A stretch of 64,000 nucleotides of DNA from Phoronis australis (Eukaryota > Animalia > Phoronida), in assembly GCA_002633005.1 (NCBI GenBank), contig NMRA01000132.1:834511-898510 (forward strand). Reading direction: 5' to 3'. Below the pieces are notes generated by a model. It ran no database searches. It was given only the letters and a program-made list of their open reading frames with translations, and was not told where the DNA came from. This document shows, piece after piece, positions 1-11,600 of this stretch (its first letter is position 1; every line of letters begins with the position of its first letter). A program made the position numbers and the translations under genes.

Positions 1-830
1 ATAACGGACCCTAACTTATTCCAAATAAATTCACTAAATGTAGGTCTAAATGAATGATTTTGGTATCGTTCCATTCCTCAGACATCTGGCTAACCGTACA
101 AATCCTTTTCACGACCCTGTTCCGAACTCGGTCCACTTTAGCCACGTGAAATCGGCAGCCATTTCAGGGAACTTACTGTATCTAGCGACATCTATCGGCG
201 ATTTGCTACAACACGCGCTGTTCCTTTTTCATCAGTCAACATAGACAACGATAACATGACGATGACAGATACGATCGTGAGACGACGAAGGTGATGACGA
301 GAGCAGACGTACAATGATTAATAACGACTGACGTTAATAATATTGACGAAATCGACCAATGACGTTGACTAATGAAAAAGGAACAGCGCGTGTTGTAGCA
401 AATCGCCGATAGATGGCGCTAGGTATAGTAAGTTCCCTGAAATGGCTGCCGATTTCACAATGCGCGTGGCTAACGCTAAAGTGGACCAAGTTCAGAATGA
501 CGTAGTTATAGACTANTCAGTGGACTAAAATAAAGGGCTAATTATCGCTCTTCAAACGTTCATAAAAAGTCAACGGCTCAACGGAATTTGTTAATTTTTT
601 TTTTGTTTGAATCTGTTTTGGATGTTTTTTTAAATCAATGCATTTTTAAATATTAAATAAGAATTTTAATTTTTTTGTCACGTCCCTAACGTAGTTATAG
701 ACTAGAGTAATTGAGGGTCGTGAAAAAGATTTGTACAGATAGCCAGATGTCTGAGGAATGCAACGATACCAAAATCATTCATTTAGACCTTCATTTAGTG
801 GATTTATTTGGAATAAGTTAGGGTCCATTA
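1..830. mobile_element. Fold-back/MITE-like element with long inverted arms (left end outside window)
   Basis: 1-118 is the near reverse complement of 714-830, and ~119-240 is the near reverse complement of ~364-497. An N at 516 lies inside the right arm. Confidence 0.7.
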
Positions 831-1024
831 TATCCGACTAGTGCCGATGGGGACGGGTTGAATGGCAATACGAAAACCTCGTGCTGAATTGACCTTAGCA
901 GGACTAAGCCTGCTGATTTTTTTTGGTGGGGTTGGCAGGCTGACTGCGAACGGAATCAAGTGGCAATAGTGACGGTTCCTCCATAACTTAAAAACCAGAA
1001 GTTTTTCAACGAGTTATGCGTCAT

Positions 1025-1425
1025 TGTTTAATCTGTCAAAGTCATATTGCTATTTGCTATAAGTACCTAGTGGGACACCTTAGGAAGCCATTGATGTCTT
1101 GAATTTTTCCCAGTTCAAATGAATACTCTTACAATCAAAATTGTGAGCGAGCTTTCGTTCAGCCACCCAAATCAGCAGACGCAACTGGCCATTTTTACGC
1201 TACACTCGCCAGGACATATGACACCATAACCACTGGCATGAGCTCTGTAAAAATGGCCAATTGCCATTTTGGGCAGCTGAAGGAATGAATGTTCGAGCAG
1301 AAGGTTTGTTTATGGGATATTTGTTAGAATTGGAAGGAAGTTGAGACATCAACGGCCTCCAGAGATGTCTCACCATGCACAAAATGAACAGCATGAGCAA
1401 TATGACTTCAATGGTTTAATCAGTG
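1025..1425. repeat. Old palindromic MITE-like repeat; related copy at ~59960-60190
   Basis: Degenerate inverted halves (AACTGGCCATTTTTAC ~1185 vs GTAAAAATGGCCAATT ~1247; AAAGTCATATTGCT vs AGCAATATGACTT). 1245-1370 aligns by eye with 60007-60130. Confidence 0.55.
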
Positions 1426-2090
1426 CGAGGTATAATTTTCCAAGTTTCCGGCATATGGAGGACTCTATGTCTTAGTGAAGACTGTGTTAAAGTTGCCATT
1501 GGGTGTTCTCTGTTGTTGGGGAATAATTGGTCCAGCTGCGCTGCCCTCTGTCTCGACTCTGGAGTAGTTTTGGTCTTCCGAACCGTCTCGGATTCTGAGC
1601 AATTTAGGAGTATACCTTTATCTAGCAGTACAATTTAGCAATTGCGGTTAAAGTGCAATCGACACCCAAGACATGATCACCGCGTGGTGGGATAGTGAAT
1701 TTCTGGTGCGGCTATAAATTAGAAAGTCAGCTGTTTCATTAAGTTTGAATCCAATATGCACCTTTGCCTTTTTAAAAATTAATTGCTTGACTTGTTTTCA
1801 TTACATTTGGTTTTGTAGTGTGGGTATCAGAACCCCAAACAATAAAAACTTGTGCAATTGCCAATCTTTTACATGGTTAACTTGTGCTCATGTAGTGTAT
1901 GAATAGGCTTCGGTATTGATTGGGCTTCGAAAATTTGTAAATACGCCTGAAAAGGTCCAAGTCATTTTTTAGAATAAGAATACTAAAGTGGCGAAAAACA
2001 CCTTCTAAAAGGAAGCATTCTCCTTCGGGGCCTTTTTCACTTTGTGGCTGTTGGTCTAGATTTTTAATAACAACGATGTATTTAAACCGG

Positions 2091-2132
2091 CTTGACATGT
2101 TTCGACATTTATTAAAACACCATCCTCAGAAA
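2091..2132 (-). ncRNA. Minimal type-I hammerhead ribozyme motif (Penelope-like element type)
   Basis: Minus strand reads CUGAGGA-U-[GGUGUUU/UAAU/AAAUGUC]-GAAA-CAUG-UC. This gives the full catalytic core, a 7-bp stem II (3 G-U pairs) and a 1-bp stem III with palindromic CAUG loop. Stem I is only ~3 bp. Confidence 0.6.
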
Positions 2133-2642
2133 AAAAACCAGTGGCCACCTTGCTAGGCCCAACAATAAGTAATGATACACAGACACCATCAGTTTATAGG
2201 CTGAGTGTAACTGACTGTCTGTGTATCATTACCTGTTGTTACCTGTTTACTTCCTGTAATATTGTGCTCGAATATTTGTGTAATGGTTTGGGATTTTTAC
2301 CAGGTCGTCTTACAAAATCTGAGGTCACATAGGCAACCTGCTGGTTACCAAATTGAGCCCTGTTCTGGCTTTGCAGTGTCGTGATTTCTAGTATTTTCTC
2401 GGAAGGGATAGATGTTAGAGAAGTGATGACCAAGGGGAAAAGCCGGATCGGTGAAGTTATCAACTACTGTGGAATTCCTGTGAATCTCAAGAATTTGAAT
2501 CGTTTTTATTTTGAGCCGTATCTTAACTAGTTGGTTAAAGCCAAGAGTCCGTGAATATATCTGACTGCAACATTATTACTAAAGTAATCTCTGGCTGGAT
2601 TTTGTTGGTCTTTGTTCAAGAGTTAACTTTTGTTGATTTTAG

Positions 2643-5600
2643 GCTGATGGTGCCTGCGCTGAGATCGTCTATGCTGTTGATCGGCTTGTGAAAGGTCTCG
2701 CATCATTTCGCAAGTCTGCCCGACCTGGGTACGCTGTCGCCCTCACTCAGGTAACACCATGGGACTCTTTGAATGTCGCGTGATTGTAGATCTAGTTGAG
2801 ACTTCCTCGGATCTTTTTCGTACTTGTTACGGAACCCAGCTGTGCGATAGTGGCCATTCTGATTTTGTTGTGGGCTGTTTGTCATGCTTTAAACCTGAAG
2901 TGAGTCTACCTTGGCCAGGACCTCCGTGCACTGCTGAGAGGTCACGTTTGCATCAAATAGTGCGTTCATTCACCTTGGTCTTCAGTCATGGTTCCTTATG
3001 TCTCTGGAAAGCATGTCTTCCTCATGTAGATGGGACTCCAAACTTGGAAAATAAACAGTTTTGGATTGTCATTCAAGGTGTTTTTTTATAAAAAAAATAA
3101 TTGCACTCCAAACTTAGAAAATCAACAAATTTGGATTGTCATTCAAGGTGTTTTTTATAAACAAATAATTGCAGGCGGTCTGATACACATGCCAGACGTG
3201 CGCAGGCGGTGCATGTTGGCCCATTGCAGTGATCATCTGGAACCATTTTTATGCTTTATTAATATGCAATTAAACTGAGCTGAGGAGCTAGAAACCTGAC
3301 TCAAGGGTTTAGCACTGTGCCCAGTTAAGGAAGTAGACACCTGTCTCACTAGTCCATACTGCCTCGTCTTCCAGGTGTAATGTTTCTGATTACTTTTTGA
3401 TTTTGATTTCCAGATTCTGCGAATGTTTGATGTTGTTTCTACAGAAGACATACTAAAAAGAATAGAGAAACATTTGAAAACCAGCAAACGAGATAGTTCC
3501 AAGCAGGTAAGTTGTATTCAATCTTCTGTAAGTCAGACTCGTCTCTATTCCTAACAAAAGTGTTTAAGTTCAGTTGTGGAACGCCCATTCGTATTTGACA
3601 AAATGAAAGTGTCTGTGCCCTTGTGAAAAAGTCCCTTATGGGCAGTTATGTTTTTCTTTGCATATGTCTTGATATCAACCAAGTTCCTTGATGGATGTTC
3701 ATGAAATTTAGCAAAAGTGTTACTATCACTTAGCCGGCAGCCCAAGTCCTATTTCTTTGAGGTTGGAGCTACGTTTTACCCCCATATTGGCCTTTTATTT
3801 TTTGTGTAAGTTCTTTTTGCCCTCCTCATGAAGAATCATAATGAAATGTGGCAAGTGTGTTCTTACTGAGTAGAGCATTGCTGAATTGCTTTTCACCCCC
3901 TGGAGGCTATTTTCAGTTTACTAGCATTGCTCCCTTTGGTGGGAGTGTTTATGGTATATGGGATGTATGTGATGCTTACGCAGGGCCCATATGAATGCTC
4001 CGCGGTGTTCTCACTTTCATTGTAAGAACGTGATGAAACAACTAGTAGCAGGAGTGTTGTCAAGATCCAACCCAAAGCCTACAAGATGCACAACATATGA
4101 CAAGATTATGCACTAATTATTCCCGCTTTTCCTGCAATGAAAAACAGCGCCAGTCGATGTATGATTCGATTTGCGATCTCCGACTTAGCTGGGAAGTTGG
4201 ATCAATTGTCTAATGAGCTGGGATCAAGTCTCAAAAGTCAATCCATTGATTTCCTACATTTCTTCAATGGAAATTAGTATGTGCCGGCAGTGACACCTTC
4301 TCAAACCTTGTCAAAAGTGGACACTATTCTTGGGCTGAGATGACTGGCCGTGCTCCAGGCTGTGACACCAGTGCAATCTCAAGCATGTTATGAAGGGCAA
4401 TCAACTAAATGAAAAAATTGTCGAAATAAAAAATCATAGACTTTCACTGTACAATGTAAGGTTTGATTTATACATCGATTCTTTTAAAAGGCTTTAAAAC
4501 ACAAACAAATCCAGCTGTTTGTCAAGATATAGTGGTCTACTCACCTGTGATCTTGTTAGTGAACATCAGTTGTGTTTAGGCTGTCCTTATTTATGTCGCA
4601 AAGGTATGTCGCATAATACGTCTCTTTTAGTACTGAAAAATGTCATTGTCAGATTGCAAGAATATTTCTTGTCGATTCACGAATGGGCAAAGTTATTTTT
4701 CGAATCTCCTGTTTGAAAATTCTGTATTATTTTTATACTATGTCACTACAAACCCATTCTGGCATCTAACTTTGAAGCACACAGTCATGCAGTTGAGCAT
4801 ACTACATGAGCATAGACTTTATGAAAACATCACCAGGGGGAGGGATGCAGGGGAGAAGAGTAAGGTTTGTACAGATGTAAAACTGTCAACTATTGTGAAT
4901 GGTTCCCAAAACAATTCCCTGTGATGACATGTTTAATCTCCTGACAGATTTGTGGAGGTCAAAACTGATTTAATGAGTCTGAGGGACAATGGTGGACACG
5001 TGAAAAGTACTTTGTGATCAGTTGATTTCTGTGTATGATGTGTAGTCCTGTGTCAATAATTGTCACATACTAAATCTTGGCTCCTTGTTTTTGAATGGCA
5101 TGTGGGTTAAAATGAAAACTAAATTACAATTATTACTAATGCAAAATTTGTGTCGAACGCCACTTTTTGTTTCCAGGCCAGCTCTCAGTTGATAAGGTGT
5201 CTGTCAACTGAATTGCTTACAAAGACCTCTTTTCACTGAAGAGCATTCCCTCCTGATTTCATTAAGGGCTTTCTTGAAAATATTGAGTAATCGATGGTAA
5301 TTATGGTAATTACAGTAATTTGTTACAAAGCGTATGTAATACTTATAGCTGTTCAATCTCATCCAAGTATATCTCAGGAGGGACTTATCGAGAACTTTAT
5401 CAAAACACATTTGTTTCTTGCATTTACTTGCAAGACATATTGGACTGTTCAAAATGGATGTGTTATTTGCTGATAATTTTTTGTTGTTATTTTTGTAATG
5501 AAGCTCATTTGTTTTTACAGGAGTACGGCGGTGCAGTGATTGGTCAAGTGATGGGTTACATGTGTGTCATCCAATCAGGTCTAATAACCAGGGTAGGTGG

Positions 5601-8600
5601 TGCCATCTTCAGTTAGCACATCAAACCTGATGTGGTTGGAAGGGTTGTGTTACCTGCTAGGTTTTGTAGCCACTGAGTTCATAAACATGTATTCTGGTCA
5701 AGAAACAAAACAAAACAAAACAAAACAAATGAAAAAAGTATTTGATAGTGGAATATTAAGCTGAAATCCTTGTGTAGTCGACCTGCCTTAAGGTGTTGCC
5801 CAAGAATACTTGTATTTGACAAGTGCAAGCAAGTTTTGTCCGGCTAATTCCAGTCTTGCAAATGAACAGGGCACTATCAAAAGTTTTGAATAAATCGGAA
5901 ATGTAAATGAACATAGTCATTGTAGAGGCAGAAGCACGCTTTTACCTTAGTTGGTAAGAGATTTAAATTTGCAGCCATTTCCCTTCTAAGACTGTGTTTA
6001 GTAAATAGAATTCTCTTTATTTTCAGGCCGATGACAGTGCTGTGAAGACGGTGACTGTATCACTGTTATCTCTTATTGAGGAGAAGTCTTATGTTGGCCA
6101 AATGTGTGCTATGGCTCTGGTCCAAATGGCCACCAAGGTAAAGTATTTCTTTAACTTTGAATCCTGCGAACCCTTACAAAAAGGGGGGTCGGTCTGTATG
6201 TGGGTGCTAAGTGCAGTGTGTACCACTTCTGTATCATATCCTGTAATACATTGCCCTTGGTTAGTTTTAGAAACCATGACATCCACAAACTGGTCTTTCT
6301 TACTGTGTAGGTTTCAACTAAAGTGTTCAAGGAGTCCATCTGGCCAGTCTTGAAGGAGGGTGTTAGCTGTGGCTGGGACAGATGTCGACCTGAAGTTCTG
6401 CTTCTGGTCTTGGGATTGGCCAGGCATCAACCGGTGAGTGCTTGGCTTATTGTTCATGCTTACAAAGTAAGGCTGGCTCGCACATCACCGGGCAACGTCC
6501 AGGATGGACCTCAAGGCATTTACACTCTCTGATAATGTTTTGTTGTGTTTTTGTATACAAAATATTTATTTTATTATACAAGGGGGTGTTTCTTAATAAT
6601 TTTTGCCAACGTCGTCGCGTTTCTTTCATTTATGCCAAGTGCTGCTGTACAAGGCTGCATTTCTTTTTACCCTTTTTGTCATTCATTGTCATCCTGCTCA
6701 TCAGCATCATAATTTTCATTAAATTTTGTTATGTGAGTGTGAAGCTGTTTCATGTTGATGGGTTAAACCACCTCAAATTAGTATTAATTGTTTGGTGTTT
6801 CAGATACTTGAACATCTGAGAGTTCTCTTTGTAATCCCAGCCATGACACCTCTGTGGTGAAAACTAATAATTGGTGTCATTATGTAATAATCTCTCTAAA
6901 CGCTTCCCTGTGATGACTATTTCAACCCCCTGACAGGTCTGTGGAGGTAAAAACTGATTTAATGAGTCTGAGGGCATAGTGTTAGATAAATAGTTCATTA
7001 ATTCTACAGAATACAACATCTTTCTCACTACACTTTCTTACTTTTGTCGTCATCGTTTTTCACTTTTTGTCATTTTTTTATTTCTGTGACACTACTAAAA
7101 GCTTTTTTGTTCATTGATTGCAACACAGCTTTTGATTTTGTTTTTAATTTCAGAAATCTTTCAACGTTGAATTTAGGAAGAAATACTGGAATTCTGAGCA
7201 GCTAATTTGTGAAGAAAATTTCACAAAAATTTACGGCATCATCAAGGTGTGTATGAGGCGTTATTGTTACTGTAAGTCAAAAATTTAGTATGCAGCGTCA
7301 TTTGAAGTTGGAATTATGGAACTATGTATTTGATGCCAGGTTACTATAGAGACTTAGTTGTTAACAACAACCTTGTTTAAAAATGTCCATTTTTGGTGTG
7401 TCCTTTCAATCAGACGACTGCATCATTTTTGGTAATTCTCCGCCTATTTAAGCACACGATAAATTGACACATAGACTTCCATTTTGTCAAATTTCTAAAT
7501 AAAAATGAAAAATAAGAAAATTATATTTGGCTGTGACACCGCAGTTTGTATAGCAAGAACTGTCGTAAAACAACATTAGGTAGACTTGATTATTTGTATC
7601 ACTGCAATGAGACATTGAAAATTTGAAAAATGACCTTTCTTTCAATTATTTTTGTGCGAAACAACTGAAGTTTTGCCATCTGGTGTCCGACTTACCTATT
7701 TCCAGAGGTCTCACGCTGCACAATAAACTATGTCGGTCTGAAACTAATACTTCCGTAGGGTTTAGAATCCTTTTGAGATCAAAAGTTGAAAATTATTGAA
7801 TTACAACTTAACCTATGTTGCAAAGGATAAATGTTCTAATAACTCCTTAAACTTGTTTTTGAATTATCGTTTGCCTGCGGATTACGCTTTTTTGTCACTA
7901 CGCTTATTCTGTTGCTAGGCCGCATTGGGTGACACTTCTACTTTGCCTGAAGTTTGCAAGGAAGTCGTGGCGGAGGCTGCTACAAACAACTGTCTGCGTC
8001 AGTTCTGGCATTCTGTTATTGATGGTATGTTTGCATGGGTGGACATTTGTTCAGGTGTGATAAATTATTAATGTTTTTATCATGTGTTTTCGGTTATCAA
8101 CATAAATGAATCTGTATCCAGTGTCAAATGTCACTTTTTGATCTTATTACTTATGCACTGATATTGAATTATGTGGTCGCATATAGTCAGGGTCCTGTTT
8201 GTTGGCCACCGCCAAGTTTGCTTGTCTGGCGATTTTGTTTGAAAATGGTTTCATGGATCATGACGAAATTTTGCACTGAGGTAGATGGTGGTAGTGAGCT
8301 GATTTTGGACAGATTCGAGTACTGTGGCAACCCCTGTTAACTGTTAAAGATTTTTACTCCTTGTTCGTCAAGTTCTAACTAAACTACTTGAAAGATATTG
8401 TCAGTGGTGATGTTTGTATTGTCAAAGGAAATGCTGCTGTCATTGTCAGTTACATACAGTGTACTCTGTCAATTTTGGCGAGTGTTGTTCCGTCAGGCCA
8501 TTTTAATTATTACCTAGTTCTGGTGTAATTTGGAGTTGGTTACTAACAAGGCAGTGAGTTTTAATTCTTACCTGTAGAACTTTTATTTCAGAAAAGTTCT

Positions 8601-11600
8601 GTGCGAAGGATGCTCCCACATCTCGCAAATACCTTTGCATTCGTCTCCTACCATGTGCTTTGAAGCTTTCTTCGTCTCCAGAAACAGTAAGTCACCGTAT
8701 GTTATGCGTCCTAGTACTGTCGTGTGGTGATATATACCAATATACATGTACATATATATCATCCCACATGCGTAGGAATACTACTGCCATATCCTATCGA
8801 GAATTCATTCCATCTGGGAATGTCCCAACGAGACCGAAGTTCGTTGGAACATTCCCAGATGGCGTGTTGATTCTGCAACCTGACAGTTGACCTCCACTCT
8901 CGCTTTATTTGTGCCTGTATCCATTTTGATATCATTTATCTACCCTTGCACAAAAACTGCTCAAAGTTTTTTTAGAATTATATCTCCCGATTCCCGCTTG
9001 TTGTTGAATTGCGTTGAAATATCAACTGTAACTTTCCCCCGATCACTCATCTAGACTCCACTTGCGGCTTGTTAAGCGTAGCAACAGTAACTAAAATGGA
9101 GATCACTGCTCATCTGATTCTGGAAAGTTCTATTAAGTACATCTGTTCATGACAGCGTGTTGGTCTCTTCTCATGTGAAATTCAATTGAAATTCAGTTGG
9201 TAAATTTATGCTCCTAACCACCAGCATGCTGTGACTGCACCTAATGCACACATAATGCAGATGTCCTTTTGTTTCCAGGTAAGCTCCATCCTATCCAAGA
9301 ACCTAATGCAGTGCTTGATGTATAACCTTCAGAGCAAAGACAGAGTCCTGTACAGTGCTTCTAGGATGCTGGTGAGTAGCTCGGTTCTCAAGTTCTTGAT
9401 CAATTAAAGCACTTGGTGGAGATACCCGAGTAGGAGTTCCTGCAGATTTGGAAAGATCTTGAAATTTGAAGTTGAATTTGAAAAGTTTTTGCTTTCATGA
9501 TTAATACTGTGCATTCACTCCTCCTCTCACAGTAAACTGATCCATATCCTGTTGTCCACATCAAGGCTGTAACACATGGCTGAAAAGTGTTGACTTCTGC
9601 AGTTAATAAAACCTGATACTGTCTGTTGAAGCTAATTCTAACCTCTAGGATGTTCATGAAATTCAGCATGTGTGTTACTATTGATGACGGCATGGTTAGT
9701 GTTGATTTTTGTATTGTGATGCTCTCTTGGGGCAATTGAGGTTTGTTTGCGTCTGCTTCAATATCTACCAAATAATCTTCTCCAGATCTCCATGAAATTT
9801 GGTGTATGCGGAAAGCCCAGTTGGTGTTGAGTTTTGGATGGATCTAGTTATTGTGACATCTCCAGTGGCAAATTGTCATTGAGTCCGCCTTAAAACCCTG
9901 CAAATTCTGTGATTGATCTTGGACCTGTGTATTCTCAATGAGGAGACGATATTTGATGTTGATTTTCGAATAGGTCCTACCACTGTAGAGAGTACACCTT
10001 GGATGTTCCGTTTGTGATGCATACAGTGAGCACATGTCAATGTTTTAAGTTGATTTGTTTTAATTGGTCAATAACTTAATTTGGCGTATCGGCATCCCAC
10101 ATGATGACATAGTTTAGCTTGACAATTTGATGGAGGTTAACTGATTTAATGAGTCTGATGGGATACCGATCAGCTGACAAACCAAATGAGACTGCTGAAT
10201 TCAGGGTTTGGAATTTTCCTCCTTTAAGTGGATTTTTTTGTTTTTTTTTTGGTTTTGATTTCCTCTTATTTGATTTCCAGTTTCCTCTTTTTCGTTTCTT
10301 TTATTATCATTATTTTGATTTTATACATGCAAAAACATTTGTTTCAGTTAATTTTTGCACCGCAGAATATATTTCTGTCACACAAGCCTATTCATTTGTG
10401 GAACGATTCGTCACCTGGAAAATTTTCTCTTTTTTGTCTTGGTTATTCCAAACCCTGGATGCTACACTATGTCCTCTCACTAGTTGTAAATGTTGACGCT
10501 GTTCTTTGCAGCTCGAAGAACTGGTAAAGTTCTGCACGTCTTGTAATAACGGTCGACTCCAGGTGGCAGTATTGAACGCCCTATTCTCACCGCCTGGCTC
10601 CCTGTGGTTTGACCAGATTGCCAAAACGAAAACAGTTGGACGCATCGTCAACGAGGTATGTAATCCGATACGAAGGCAAGTTGGAATCTTCACAGACATC
10701 TACCACAGATAGCACGTGATATCACTGTATGCATGTTGTTTTGAAATCAGTCATTCAAAATCATGGCTTAGCCTTAATTCATTGTGAAGACTTACTGGTG
10801 CAAGTAAATTGCTTAATCCCTTTTTAGCCACCTTAACAGGGCAAAATGCAGCTTGCTTGAAAAAATCGCCTTAACTTTAAAACTGGGTAGTAAACGTTAG
10901 TGCTGTCTGTTTTCTGATGTTAAAGTTTTCCTTATTTACGATGAGTCGGGATGTGAAATCACGCCAGTGTTGGTATTAACATGTTGGAATATATTTATGG
11001 ATGCTCATTGTTGATTTTCTAGAACTGACATTAAGGGTTTACCGACTGAAATGTGCTTTTAAATTGTAGTTAACGAGTGAAGGAATAAAGGAGCTAGGTG
11101 AACTACTGATGGCGCTAGTGTGGGGAGAACATGTGTTTGGGTGAGCTGGTTGTATTATTGACTTGGATAATTGATTTTGAGTGATTTATCACTTGCCTTT
11201 CTAATGAGGCTTATCTGAAAAAATACTTAAGGAATGTGTGAATAAATATTAAAATTAGAAAATTTCCGTGAAATTCACCAAGCTGTTTACAAGAACTTGT
11301 GTTCCTAAGTATAAATTAAGCTGACAAAAAAGCGGAATACGTCCAGAGTCTACAAAATCTGTCGGTTATCGATTAATTATTTGGTGAAAACTTTTTGATA
11401 ATGTAACCTATACATATCCTTCACCTTGTTGGTTTTGATTCTTCAAATTGTGCAGTCAAACAAGCAACGTGGAGTTGAAGATGCGAGGTGCTATTGGCCA
11501 GCTGCGCAGTCTCGTTACAGTGAAGAACACAGAATGTGATGGACAGGTGTACATCATGAAGTTTATCCTAATACACGCCTATTTCCGAGTAGATCAGACA

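Noticed and set aside
2416-2490. GTGATGA at 2423 as another C/D snoRNA
   Set aside because: No properly placed CTGA box D or terminal stem, and no rRNA complementarity that I can recognise.
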